A stretch of DNA of 64,000 bases from the human T2T-CHM13v2.0 reference genome, Homo sapiens (GCF_009914755.1 NC_060928.1); one strand, 5' to 3'. Positions 40,471-54,288 are shown, numbered from the stretch's first letter. The notes: generated from the sequence alone by a model not told the origin. Translations and numbers: made by a program.

Positions 40471-41165
40471 ACTATTATTAAAAAGTCAAAAAACAGATGC
40501 TACTGAGGTTCTGGAAAAAAAAAATGAATGCTTATACATATATTCAGTGTTGGTGGAAATTTAAATTGGTTTAGCCACTGTGGAAAACAGTGTGTACATT
40601 TCTCAAGAACTTAAAACAGAACTACCATTTGACCCAGCAATCCCATTACTGGATATGTATCTAAAAAGAAAATCATTCTACCAAAAAAACACATGCACTC
40701 GTATGTTAATCACAGCACTATTCACAATAGCAAAGACATGGAATCTATCTAGGTGCCCATTAACACTGAATTGGATGAAGAAAATTTGGTACATATACAC
40801 CATGGAGTATACACAGATGTAAAAAAGAATGAGATTATGTCATTTGCAGCAACATGGATGCAGCTGGAGTCCATTATCCTAAGCAAATTATTGCAGGAAT
40901 AGAAAACTAAATACCTCATGTTCTCACTTATAAGTAGGAGCTAAACATCATGGGCATAAAAATGACAACAATAGACATTAGGGACTACCAGGGACATTAG
41001 GGAGGGAGGAGGGGAAAGAGTTTTAAAACAAACTGTTTGTTACTATGCTCATTACGTGGATTATGGGATCATTTGAATCCCAAACCTTAGCATCACACAA
41101 TATACCCATGTAACAAACCTGCACATGTACCCCGAGAATCTAAAATAAAAGTTGAAATTTATAAA
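40471..41165 (+). mobile_element. 5'-truncated L1PB3/4- or L1PA16/17-like 3' fragment nested in the L1MA9
   Basis: ORF2 C-terminus 40580-40822 (ELPFDPAIPLL), 3' end 'ccaaaccttagcatcacacaatatacccatgtaacaaacctgcacatgtacccc...taaaataaaagttgaaa'; degraded TSD aataattttgaggaaat / aagaatcttgaaaaagt. Confidence 0.85.
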
Positions 41166-42394
41166 AAGAATCTTGAAAAAGTAGAGCAAAGCTGGAGGCA
41201 TTGCACTACTGATTTCAAATTATATTATAATGGTATAGTAATCAAGACAGTATTGTAGGGATAAAAAGAGGTACATAGGTCAATGAAAGAGAATAGAAAT
41301 CCCAGAAATAAACTCATGTATATAGGGTCAACTAATCTTCAACAAAGAAAACCAAGAATACACAATGAGGAAAGGACAATCTCTTCAATAAATACTGTTG
41401 GGAAAACTGAATATCCATGTGCAAGTAAAAAGTGAAATGAGATCCATATCCATACCATATACAAAGATCAATTTAAAATGGATTAAAGATTTAAACATAA
41501 GACCTAAAACCATAAACCTCCTAAAAGAAAACCCAGGAGAAAAACTCATTGACATTGATCATGGCAATGTTTCTTGGATATGACACCAAAAACACAGGCA
41601 ACAAAAGCAAAATATGATCAAGCAGAATGTCATCAAACTAAAATATCTGCACAAGAAAGGGAGCAATTAAAAAATGAAAAGATAACCCATTGAATAAGAG
41701 AAAACATTTGCAAATCATATATCTAATAAGGGAGTTCATACCCAAAATGCATATAGAACTCAAATAACTCAATAGCAAGAAAACAAATAATCTGGTTAAA
41801 ATGGGTAAAGGATATGAATAGTTATTTCCAAAAGTGATCTACCAAATATCTATCAAAATTCCAAAAGTATTTTTCACAGAAAAGAAAATCCTAAAATATG
41901 TATGGAATTACAAAAGATGAAAAATAGCTAAAATAATTTTGAGGAAGTAGAACCAAGCTGGAGGCTTCAAAAGGAGGCATACAATTTGTCAAAAAGTGTA
42001 TGAAAAAAATGTTCACCATCACTAATAATCAGGGAATTGCAAATTAAAACAACAGTAAAATACCTCGAACATTTTAGAATGACTATTATAAAAAAGACAA
42101 AATATAAAAAGGGTTGGAAGGGGTGTAGAGAAAAGGGAACCTTTATATATGGTTCATGAAAATATAAATTGGTTCAGCCATTATGAAAAAACTGTACGAA
42201 GCTTCTTCAAAAAATTAAAAATAAAACTACCATATAATGCAGCAATCCCACTTCTGGATATATACCCAAAGGAAATGAAATCAGTATGTCAAAGAGATAT
42301 TTACACTTACTCGTTCATTGCAGCATTATTCACAATAGACAAGATATGGAAATAACCTAAATGTCCACTGATGGACGAATGGATACAGAAATGT

Positions 42395-42460
42395 GATCTA
42401 TCTATCTATCAATCATCTATCTATCTGTCAATTATCTATGTCTAAATCAATATCTATATA
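42395..42460. repeat. Degenerate (TCTA)n repeat
   Basis: Direct read. Confidence 0.75.
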
Positions 42461-42796
42461 ATATAACTTTATTCAGCCTTTAAAAAGAAGGGTATTTTGT
42501 CATTTGTAACAATGTAGGTTTACCTGGAGGGCATTATGCTAAGTGAAGTAAGACACAGAAGACAAATACTACATAATATCATCTATATGTAAAATCTAAA
42601 AAAAGTCCAACTCATAAAAACAGAGAGTAGAATGATGGTTACCAGGGACTTGCATTTCAGGAGCAGGTAAAATGAGATGTTGGTTACAAGGACCAAACTT
42701 TCAGTTATGAGTAAATTCTGGAGACCTAATGCATACCCTAGTGACTATGTTTAATAATGTATTTTTGAAATTTGCCAAGATAGTAGGTCTTAGATA

Positions 42797-43118
42797 CAGG
42801 TTGAGTATCCCTTATCCGAAATGTTTGGGACCAGAAGCATTTTAGAGTTGGAGTTTTTCAGATTTTGGAATGTTTGCATATACATAACGATATATTTTAT
42901 GGATATGTCTTGGGAGGTGACTGAAGTCTAAACATGAAATTCATTTTTGTTTTTTATACACTTTATACACACAGGCTGAAGGTAATTTTTAAAAGTATTT
43001 TAAATAATTTTGAGATCGGGGTGAAATTTTTCACTTGTAACACCACATCAGTGCTCAAAAAGTTTTGGATTTTGAGCATTTTGGATTTTAAATTTTTGGA
43101 TTAGGAATACTTAACCTA
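42797..43118. mobile_element. Tigger4b/MER46-like TcMar MITE
   Basis: Terminal inverted repeats caggttgagtatccct ... aggaatacttaaccta, flanked by TA at 42795-42796 and 43119-43120. Confidence 0.9.
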
Positions 43119-45362
43119 TATTTTCAGCACACAAAGGTAACTATGTGAGGTGATGGATATAATCATTGATTGCATTGTGGCAACCATTTCATAGTGTGCA
43201 TGTATATCAAAACATCACATTGTATACCTCATATATATTTAATTTTTGTTTTCAATTATACTACAGTAAAGCTAAAAAAGTCATAATTTTGCTGCATGGA
43301 GCAAACCTTCCAAATAACATTGGTGCATAGCTTACTGAACACACTTTAAGAGATTTGGAAAAGTACGTTAAAATGATCTATAGAAACCTGATATTAACAC
43401 AGGCCTTTATATCTTTTTTTTAAATGTGGTTTCCTCTGAGATTATCTGCTTAGCTCAAAGTTCAGACAGTTTATGAGCATCTCACTTGTGAGACTCTGGT
43501 TATTGTGTCTATGCTAAGCCACAAGTTAGACCTTGGGGGGCACAGAAAAAGATATATGATACTTGAAAGTGCTCAGAAGAAGAAGGGGAGAGAAGATCAG
43601 TGTTTCCAGAGATACCAGGAAAACTGCCAGGAAGTCTAAATCACACTAAAATTACATTTCAAAGAGAACTCCTTGCGGATTCAATAACTCTTCCAAGAAA
43701 GCAGCAAAAAATAAAATAAAAAAAAATACCTTGCAATTCACAATTCTTTCTAGCATATTATATTTTTATCACCAGGAGGAAGCAAATTAATTACAATGAA
43801 TAGTATTGGATTAATGAACATCATAAAAGATGCCATATCTAACCATGTTTAAGGACCTTGAAAGGGTCTTGTAGAAACACCTTCAATGTAATCTGATGTA
43901 ACACTCCGTTAAGCGATACTTGAGAATATTTGAATATTGCATTTTATTCAAAATGCTAAGAGTCCCTAAGCTCTTGAACTAGCAGATTCTGCTGCCTTTT
44001 ATTTCAGGATATATTGGTTTCAATCGTTGTGTCATAAAAATTAAACTTCAAATGACTTAAGCAATAATTAGTATTTTATCTCTTATTATGTGCATACATT
44101 TTTGCTTTTTGGTAAACAAATTCATTTGTCTAAGACAAAACTATATGTTGAAAATTGTGGATGATTCTTCTGATTAAAAAAAAAAGTTCTTGGACATTTT
44201 ATGTCAATGTTTAAAATGCCACTTACACTAAAGACTGCAAGTTCAGCAAGTTTGCTAGAAGTTTCCTTTAAAAGATCGAGGCTCCCCAATTTTGATGCAA
44301 ATCTAATGTGTGTGAAGCACCCACCTGGGCTGCTTTGCATAGCCCCATGGGTCTTGGGAGCATTGGGAACTAATGCACACATAAAGCTTATGCTGCTTGC
44401 TTTGCCATGGTAATAAAGTTCCTTGGTCCCTACCCTGGAATATCTTGTCTTCTGTCAACATCCATAAAACTATGGTAGGCCAAAGGTAGTATATATGTAT
44501 ATGTGTATATAGTTCCCAATTTTTCAGTTTGTAAGCAGGGTATTATCTCAAAACTGTCACAGTTTCTAACATATACTATTCTTTTCAATAAGATTTTTGA
44601 AAAAAAATTTAAAACCATTTTATTATATATAAGAATACTCAGAATATATGTACTTAATAAATGTATCAGATTGCTGGGAAATGTGTTAAAATGCTGAATC
44701 TATGTCACAATATAGCAGATTTCTGATTCAAATTTTCTGAGGGTAAAAGTGTTCCATTTTAGCAACACCTTACATAATACTTAGACCTGTTGAAATTTGA
44801 AACCATTCATCTGAGGAAATTGATGGCTAGAATGCTTCTTAGGTTATAACATAAATTTAATTTTTTAAAATGAGTCAAGTGAATGATAGAATAGCTTTTC
44901 TTTTCTGAGAAACACTGCACGCTGATGGTTAAAATGTGCTTAATACACTTTGGAATATTATTTCTCCCAGTTTTGGAAATATTTTTTATTTCTTCATATT
45001 TTCTGAGGAATATCTTTTTCCCATTGTATTAACAATATTGATTATTCTGCAGCTGGCAGTAGAATGTGGTTCAGGTGTTTGTTATTAGGTTGATATGCAA
45101 ATGAGTTATGTTTACAGAAGTACCCACTAGTGGTGATAGAATATACATATATGTGTGTATGTCTATTTGTCTATTCATCCATCCATATCTGCTTGATTTG
45201 AATAATACACATCAGAGAAATCACAAATACCTCATAGTTAAAATCTGAGTTATGAAGATATGGCTAAAATGTTTCCTGCAGCCCGGTTAGCTGCCTTAAT
45301 ACACACCATCCTTGCATCGTCCTTTATTTTCCTGATCTTTTCTTCCTTGCATCATCCTTTAC

Positions 45363-45392
45363 TATTATTATTATATTATTATTATTATTATT
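45363..45392. repeat. Imperfect (ATT)n microsatellite
   Basis: Direct read. Confidence 0.85.
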
Positions 45393-45485
45393 GTTTTTAA
45401 ACCTTTCTTTCTGAGCACATGAGGATGGATAGCTTTCTATTAGGGTTTTGGAATACATATTTTTGTTTGTTTATCATTTATTTCC

Positions 45486-45641
45486 TTTTTAAAATTTTAT
45501 TTCACATTCAGGGGGTACATGTGCATGTTTGTTGTATGGACCAATTCCATAATGGTGGGGATAGGACTCCTAGTGTACCCATCACCCAAATAGTGAACAT
45601 TGTACCCAATTGGTCATTTTTCAATCCCCCCTCCCCTCCCA
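45486..45641 (-). mobile_element. Short L1PA16/17- or L1PB-like 3' end
   Basis: 'attcagggggtacatgtgcatgtttgttg...agtgtacccatcacccaaatagtgaacattgtacccaat'. Confidence 0.85.
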
Positions 45642-46579
45642 CTCAGTACATATTCGAAAAGAAGAATGACTCTCTCCCTTAGTTAACTCACCATAGGAAA
45701 TGGCATCTATGTGATGAAAACATTACCAATAGCAAAATTTAACTGCAACATTGTGAATAAATGTTAATTTTTATATAAATGTTTCCATGAGAAAGGGTCT
45801 CTCAGAGAATAAGCTAGAATTGACAAAGTGGCTGATGGAAAGAAAGGGTGAGTAAAACTATTCTGTGGTATAAGGCTAGCCATTACATCAAGAGCAGGTA
45901 AATAATATTCATTTTCCTAAACCCTAAATAGCCTTACTGAATGAAAGAAAAATCAAAATACCTTTTCTGCAATGACTAATACCACATGTGCAAAGATGAA
46001 GGAATGTAGCATGAATAGGGGATTAACCATGGCAAGTGAATACCATGGTCATGAAAAGCCGAACTCCAAAAGCAGTCTTTACTTTTCCTTTGTAAATTAT
46101 AACACAAAATAACAAATTTTAACACATAATAAATGGCAAGAATAAATATCTATGTTCCTGAAAAGTCCTCATTTTAATGAAGGAATGACCCTAGCTCTAA
46201 AGTAGCGTGATGCATTCCAAGCTTCATGTGACACAATCATGAGGGATAAATGTAATAACTTTGGCCAAATTTGCTGGATGTATTTGCACATTGGGAATAA
46301 TGGAAAAAGCTTCTTATTGCAGGAAGACAGTTACCAGCTTAAGGATAGAAATGATTTACTGCCAGTTACTGCAGAGCAAGCTGAAGAAAAATTCAATAAT
46401 ATTCTTTATAATGCAGCATATTCAATCTTTCAGAATTTGACATAGTTGTACTTTATTAATGACAAAATTTAACATATCCATGGAAATTTTCTTTTGGTGA
46501 CATATTAGATATCCTTATTTTTGTTATAGACATCATGTCCCTGCTCACTATGTTGACATTCTTCTATACAGTAACCATC

Positions 46580-46720
46580 AGCCTAGTATTTCCTGTGTGC
46601 CAGGTATTGTGCTAAGCACATTCCATACAGTAGCTCATTTGATTCTTTAATCTTTCTTTTCTAACAATAATTTTTTTTTGGCTTACACTTTTATATATGT
46701 GGAAATGGGCCTAAGGAAAG
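46580..46720 (-). mobile_element. MIR fragment
   Basis: 'tgtgtgccaggtattgtgctaagcacattccatacagtagctcatttgattct'. Confidence 0.65.
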
Positions 46721-47114
46721 CCAGATGTTGGAGTGTGATGAGAGATGATATGGTTAGAAAATTGACCTGTAATATACCCAGACTCATTGTAGAAACTCAG
46801 AATTAGTCTGAAATGTTTTGCATCAATTGATGGTACCTGGTGAACAGGCAGGCATTTAGCCTGATCCTTCAAAATTGTGAATTAAGGGACCATTTTAAAA
46901 CCCCTGTGATGATGGCAAAGCTGAGATTCTAATGAAGCTGATATTCTAGACCCTCATTTAGGGGACTTGGGGTCTGGGAAATCTGCAACTCTGGTAGAAT
47001 ACAGTGTTGTTTCTCACTTTAAACAATTGCCTCCTTGACAATTTGGCTTTCATGTCCTTGCCATTACAGATGCTTCATTTTTATTTTTTCAGATCTTTTC
47101 ATCATTCACATAAT

Positions 47115-47285
47115 CATTCTTTTTTGACAACCATACATCTTCATTTTACAGATGAGGAAAATAAAGATCAAAGATGTTAAAGAATTTAGCCAAAATTATA
47201 TAACCTTTAAGTGACTAAGATAGGATACAAACCAAAAACTATCTGTCTCGGAGCACAAGTTCTTAACTATTATGCTTCACTACCT
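47115..47285 (-). mobile_element. MIR fragment
   Basis: 'cattttacagatgaggaaataaagatcaaagatgttaaag...gttcttaactattatgc'. Confidence 0.75.
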
Positions 47286-47991
47286 AAAATTATTTTTAGC
47301 TAGAGGCAGACCTTCCACAGATAAGGACTTCACCAACAGACCTCCTGGACAATTGTATAAAAAGAAAATAGAAAGTTGCTATTTAAACACATCTAACCAC
47401 ATAATTATATAGAAGTTAATTAGTAAGTAGAGAGTAAAAGGAAACATAAAATGGCTAGTCCTTCTAATTTCTGTTCCTTTTAAGTCTATTTCTTCACCAG
47501 CGATATTAGATAAGCAAGCACCAGTTGCTGGCCTCTTCTCATAGCAGTGTTTTATTTCATATACACGTTTTTCTTGCTCAGTGTTTTTGGTATAGCAAAT
47601 TTTGCCAGAAGGGCAGCATTAGTTGATCAATAGGAGCAGATTCAGGTTGTTGGGGAAAAAAATTGTAGTCATGCTTCAGGTGCAGCCCAAAATCAATAAG
47701 AAAGAGTGCTTCTTAACAGAGTGAAATGAAGAACAATTACTTACTGCAGCTAAATGACATCCTGTGTGGGATCATTGTCTATACTGGAGGCTGATAGGCA
47801 CCAAACTGAGGGGCTGCAGGATAAGCAGCTGACAGGGTTACAAATGGAGTATTCCAAATGATGATTTAACCTGAATTGTGAATTAAATCTCTAGTTATGT
47901 ACACTGTCAGAGTCAGGAAAATGTTTCATTCTTAAGCTCTTGAGTAAATTCAAAAATAAGTATTAGCAGGACTTATAGTTTTAATTTACTG

Positions 47992-48175
47992 CAGAGTTTC
48001 TCAACATTAGCACTATTGACATATTGGACTGGATAAATCTTTGTTGTGAGGGCCTACCTTATGCAGAGCAGAATTTCTGACTTCCACCTCCTAAATACTA
48101 ATAGTCCACCCCCCTCATTAATAACATTAAAAAATGTTCCCTAAGAGGCAACTTTGCCCTAGTTGAGAACCACTG
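47992..48175 (+). mobile_element. MER20 hAT-Charlie MITE
   Basis: TIRs cagagtttctcaac ... gttgagaaccactg; 8-bp TSD atttactg (47984-47991) / atttaccg (48176-48183); internal 'gcactattgacat'. Confidence 0.9.
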
Positions 48176-48887
48176 ATTTACCGTATTAATTATTTTTACT
48201 TGATTCATAACATGCTCATACATTATTTCTTTCTTGTTACGATTCTTGGATAGATGGAAATAAATGTTTATGTATATGCACCTCAAGGGCAAAAGTAAGT
48301 TTTGTCATGAATAGAATCTAATTTGAAAGTAAACCTCAAAATATTCAGGATCTCTTTCTACTTGTATTATTGTATTTGAGTAGATGTATTTGTTTCATTT
48401 GAATACTGCATGGCAGTTATTGGAGGTCTTGCTATTTTTTGAAAATGATTGCTACATGTAGGCAAGAAGAAGTTTGTGCAGAAACCACTTTCTATAAGGA
48501 ACAGGCAGAAGATAACTGTACCTGACCTACCATTCTGGACATTCAAATCTTGTCTGAACTGTTAGTTAAGATTCTGTGAGTCCAAACCTCTATATAAAAC
48601 AATTTCTGAAGGAAATCTTGTAATGCAGGATTTATACACAATTAAAATGATTTTTTGCCTGATTGAAATGACACTTGAAGTATACAGTCTTTCACAGCTC
48701 TATATTAATCACTCTAGCTACCCACATTTGGGATTTACTATTGCTCAAATTTGTATAATAAACTCAAGGAGATATGTCCTTTGATCGATGTGCATCATGT
48801 AGTCCGATTATGGAATGCTACCTCTTTTGTGTGTAGGAGTCAGATTTAACTATTATCCACTAGGGATAGGTCATATTGACTATCTAT

Positions 48888-48965
48888 TTAGGTTGGTGCA
48901 AAAGTAATTGTGGTTTTTTCATTACTTTTCATGGCAAAAATGCAGTTACTTTTGCACCAACCTAA
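48888..48965. mobile_element. MADE1 (Hsmar1-derived palindromic MITE)
   Basis: ttaggttggtgcaaaagtaattg ... cagttacttttgcaccaacctaa followed by TA; 78-bp near-palindrome. Confidence 0.95.
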
Positions 48966-51614
48966 TATCTATCTTTTATCTGTCTATCAATCAATCAATC
49001 TATCATCTCTGATGGGATTATTTACCTTAGGGAAACATTCATCTTACAGTATACTGCTTGTCTTAGGAACATATGACATGCATGTTATAATTCAAGAATT
49101 CTGAGCCCAACTGCAAAACTATTGAGTCACTTCTATGGTCCCATAAATATTTATTTCAACTGATCATAAGGTAATTTTTACTTATGAGAAAATTTTAGAA
49201 CTAATTTCTTAGAGCTAAAGATAGCAAACTGAATGCTCCAGAATGACTAATCCCATACTGTATATCGTTGTATAGTCCACTTAAGCCTAAACTATATATG
49301 AAAGCCATGACTAACATACAGTTGGAGCCACTGATAAATTTCTCACTTTTATTGAGGAATTTGTAAATATTTGGAGTCAAGTGTGGCTATGAGAATAAAT
49401 CCTTTTTAATGTACTCTTTTGTAACACAATCTCTGATTATATTTATTGTGTTCTTATATCCCTAGCACACATTTTTTCTATTTGAACATATTCAAATAGA
49501 AAGTTTTTATATAGCAACTTTAAATCAATTTAATAAAATAATCAGTATTTCTCTATAATATGCTATGCAAAAAAAATTGTTCCTAAGTATGTATTATCTA
49601 GAAATAGCTTCATTCTTTTTTAAATTCTTCTTGTCCAGCATTTATAAATTGCATCTATCTCCTTATGGTTCTGTGTGAATTATATCTGAGCTGTCTTCAT
49701 TCAAGGGTTGTTTCCTTCCACTCCTGAGTAGATGGTGCTAATTATGATATGTTCTGAGTTAAAACAAGGTGTACTACTCTAAGGACACACGCAGATTTTC
49801 TATAGAGTTCCTTGACATTTGAAAATAAAAGTTTAAAGCATCTTGATTATTGGGATATGCAATAATTGACTTCTAAGCTTCTTGCTTGAATAGACTAGTG
49901 GAGTTTTGGTTTTTCATGATGTCTTGCCTTCTTCTTGTGCATTACACTAAGTAGTACAAATATTATGCATGTTTTTATATAAGAACTATACAAAGTTTTA
50001 AACAATTATTTTGATAGATCAGATGTCTCCTGTGAGATAGAAGAGATGGAAAAAGTGTCATATGCCCTCTGCTTTAAAGGATGGCTGCAACTTTATACAG
50101 CTCTTTAGATTTTAGGGATGAACTTGAAAAGGACATATTGTTGGCCAGATGAAGTGAGGACTAAGGAGGATTCTACAAAATGATGTTTTGAAACATTCTG
50201 GATACTAGAATGCTGTACAGCTTTGTTTGTTTCCTTACAAAATGTTCACAGCATGCTTTGTTAGCAATCTGCATTCTTTTAAAATTGTCTGAGATATTAT
50301 ATAGTAAATTAAAATTATTTTTAAAAAGTAGGTACTGGGAAAGCTGGTGACCTCTTTATTCATTTTTTGTTCAACAGATACAAGTTCAACAAATAACTAC
50401 TAAATGCCAGAACCAGAGCTACCATGATCTGCTTTCACCTACGTAGTTGCATTTGAGGGTCTGGAGGCATAATTCTCTATCACTCATCCCCATGCCCAGT
50501 CAGTAGATTCTCAGTTTTCAGAGAAAAAATAAATTTCAAGAGAAAATATTTGAGGCTCTTTGGACTAGATGTATTAGATTGTCTATGAAGAGGCATGGTT
50601 TCTCAGACTCATTTGGATGGATACAGGAAAATCATTCTCACTGAGGTAGTATAAATTGTTTTTGGAGGCATTTATTTCATATTGGTGAGACCCTGAGCAT
50701 AGGATCCAGTAAAAAACACCCTGATGCTGTGCAGTAGATCACTTTTATATCAATAGACTTTTCTAAATAAAAATATCCTAGGGAAAATTTAGAAACAGTA
50801 TTAACCTCAAAATGTTTCATCATTTGTTCATATTTTAGGGAAATACTAGTAAAAGTTTTGTTTTACATAAATCCTGTGAAAAAAATTAAATACATTTTGA
50901 TTGGTCCTAAAGTATGTCAATTATAAATTCAACATGTTAATATTTTTACTATATAAAATTAAAATTGATTTGAAGTCTATATATTTTTCTTCAGGTTTTA
51001 TTTGTATTTTAACTATATAAACATTGTTATTAAAAATTATTGTTTTGCATTTTTTTCAGAGCCTTAAAAATTTTCTTCTTGCCTATTATGTGAGACATCT
51101 GAATTACTATAATATGGAACTTTAATTATAACCACTGTTTGTGACACATGTCTTCCTTCATTCTTAACAAGTGTATGCATTCTGAATTGCCTTTTATTAT
51201 GTATTTTTACCTTGAACTGATTAATTCCCAATTATGTAACCTTTCTAAAATACTGCTTTGTCATGTCACTTACCTCATCATAAACCTTTAATTGACCTTC
51301 ATTTGATTTAAAATTTCACTCTTTAAATTAGCAGCCAAAAACTTAAACAATGTAGACAACTTACATACACAAAATTTTCTTGATCCATTTATTTCTATGT
51401 AAACATCCTACTTCACCTTAGCAAGTAAGTTTAATACTAGTAGTTCTCAGAATAGGTCTCATAAATATATACTTACTCCTTATTCGTGATGCCCAGGATG
51501 CCTTTCTGACTTTTCAGTAATCCAAGATATAGTCACTCTGAAGGATTTAGTTGAGATAGCCCCATATATGATCCTTCTCTCTTTTCCCCATTTCACTCAA
51601 TCCCTTCCTTTTTT

Positions 51615-52980
51615 CACTCATCTTCAACAAATGTTTGTCAAACACTTACTTTATATCAGAAACTAAGGTAAATGCTGGGAGAAAAATTTGACACAATTCT
51701 TGCTTTCACAGAGCACACTGTCTAAATTAGTGATAGGCATTAAACAAATAAATGCATTATATGTATGTATATACATACATATGTATAGGACAATTGCTAT
51801 AAAGAGAATGTATAGGTTGTGTTTGCATTTGGAAGGTTTAAAATAGTATAATTTGAATTAAATTCTGGGTTGTGAAAAGGCTTAAAATTTTCTAGGGACT
51901 GAGTTACCTGTCAGGTAAAAATGAAGGGAAGAACATTCCAGATAGAGGCTAAAAGCGTAAAGGACCTAAAAGACCTAAGGAAGGAGAAAGTTTTTCATGT
52001 TTAAGAAACTCAAAGATGGCTAATGTTGCTAGAAACCCAATGATTAAAGAAAAAATTGTCCTAGGAAGGAATTAAAGAGGGAGCTAGATCATTCAGAGTG
52101 ATGTAGGCCATTACAAGAATATTTATCTTCTTGAAATTCAGTAGGAAGGTATTGAAAGAAAATAAGAAGGTCAATGGCATGATTAAATTTGCATTAAAAA
52201 ATTATCCCTCTTTTGTGGCATATGTGTGAAGGCACAAAATAGTGGATAAAGTAGTACAAGATAATGGTGTTGAACTAGAGGGATGGAGGTGGAGAGTAGT
52301 GGGCAGAATATAAATAGAATCGCTGTCAACTAGTGATAGAGTGTAGAGGTAGAAGGAGAATGCATCAACTACAACTTCAGAGTTTCTTTGTGGTCTCCAC
52401 TCATTTATTTGTTCAACAAACGTTACTGAAGTATTAAGATGAAAACCAGACATGATGCAATTATTATGAGTTTAGTTAGAAAAAAATAAGATTGAGATAC
52501 CAGTAAAAAAGTCATGGAGGTAGATACACGAATGAAAATTAAAAGAAGTTTAGATTAAAGCAAATAAGTTAAGAGTTGTTCACATGAAGTTGGTATGTTT
52601 AAAGTTATGTGAATGGATGAGATTTCCTTAGGAGAGTGAAATGAATCTGGACCATGCCATCAAGACCCAAGCGTTTAGTTGGAAAAGTGCCCAGCAAAGG
52701 ATATTGAGTAGTTGTGACCAGAGAAACAGGAGAGGCACCAGGAGCGTGAAATGTCACAAATACCAACTGATAATGGAATTCAAAATGAAAGTGCTGAACT
52801 CCATTAAAATGCCTCTTAATGTGTAAAGAAAATGTATAAACTGACAAGTATCCATTTTACTTGACAACTTAGAGATTTTCAAGAGCAAAAGCCAAATTGC
52901 AGTGGGATGATGAACAAGGTAGGGGTGATGGTGAGAAACTGAAGCAACCAAAGAAGGCAATTCTTTTAAAAGCTCTGTTT
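51615..52980 (-). mobile_element. Long diverged L2 fragment
   Basis: Antisense L2 3' end 'ttcaacaaatgtttg', then 'gaagaacattccagatagagg', 'atggcatgattaaatttgcatt', 'atggatgagatttccttagg', 'aagccaaattgcagtggg' in the expected order. Confidence 0.75.
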
Positions 52981-54079
52981 CATGCTTAGAAATTATGTTG
53001 TACCACACATTTTTCACTAAATCTGGTCATGACTTAAGATACGATATTGTTGTTTTAGTGGCTTCATTTTGCTCTTTTGATTTTTATTTATAGTAGTCTA
53101 GTTCCTTAAGTAAAAGTAAGTTCTTGGGGGTAATATTGCATACTTAGTTTATTTGAATCACTCATTGTATTTATATTTTGTGGGTATTCCATAATAATGA
53201 ATAGATATGAATGAATGAAATAATAAATAGTGAAGAAAGAACCACAGAGAATGAAAAATATTAATAAACTTAGCATGGGAGATGCAATCTCTTTTATTAG
53301 GACTAGTTTTAGATTTTGACACTCCTCAGATACCTCTTCTCTCACAGTTATTTGTGGGAAATTGCCCAGTATACTCAACGTAACACACAATCTATAGAGT
53401 TGATTTCTTAGAGAATTCATTTGGTACCTATGTTAGTATCTGCCAATTTGTCTTGATGTTAGAGAGATAACTACCACCTCTGTGACCATCATTTGGATTC
53501 ACCTTAGCCTTATAATTCCAACATCAGGACCTTTCAACATAGTCTCTGTTGAAAATACAGAAGACATCACCTGTGTAGACAGGGAAGACTTATTCCTTCT
53601 GCTTTTAGAAAACTTCAATCTGGGGAATCCAGATCTATCCTAAGCCAATATCTTATTACCATGTCTTTCCTTTTAACTGCAGCCTATTGTAGCACAGCAT
53701 ACCTAGCAAAGATCAGACATATATATGTTGACTTTATCATCAAATGCTTACTTCTTGATCTTCATTTCTCAGTAACACAGCACAAAATATCTTCCACATT
53801 CTACTCTAAGAATTTTTCTATTTATCCATCCTTTTTATTCCGTAAACGTAACAGATATAATTTCTGCATATCCATCGTTCATGAGATTTGCCGAAATATA
53901 ACAAAATGGCTGGCATGTACAATTAAATATTCCAGCAAAAATCTTTTGGATGTTGTTTTTCTTACATCGAATGCAGATCTTGTGTCTATGCATGAAAATG
54001 AAAGGTGATAGGTTCTGTATGGAAATATTAAACACTGCTTTAGAAAATCTTGAATTGGTTGTTGCCTTTACCATTAACA

Positions 54080-54172
54080 ATCTTTATAATCTAAGGCAAG
54101 TCACACAGTCTCTCTAGTCAGTTTCCTTATAAAATCAAGGTATTAAAATACATTAACTTTAAAGCCTCTCTT
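54080..54172 (+). mobile_element. MIR/MIR3 fragment
   Basis: 'ggcaagtcacacagtctctctagtcagtttccttataaaat'. Confidence 0.55.
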
Positions 54173-54243
54173 GAATCTTGAATTAATATTATATCAAAAA
54201 ATAAAAATATTTATATTTTCAGTGAGCAAGAAGTTAAGATATT

Positions 54244-54288
54244 AATAAAATGAAAATAATTGACAATAAAATGAAAATAATTGACAAT
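54244..54288. repeat. 21-bp exact tandem duplication
   Basis: aataaaatgaaaataattgac twice, plus aat. Confidence 0.9.

Noticed and set aside
44290-45110. Octamer ATGCAAAT motifs near 44295 and 45095
   Set aside because: Isolated AT-rich 8-mers are expected by chance at this base composition; no supporting context.
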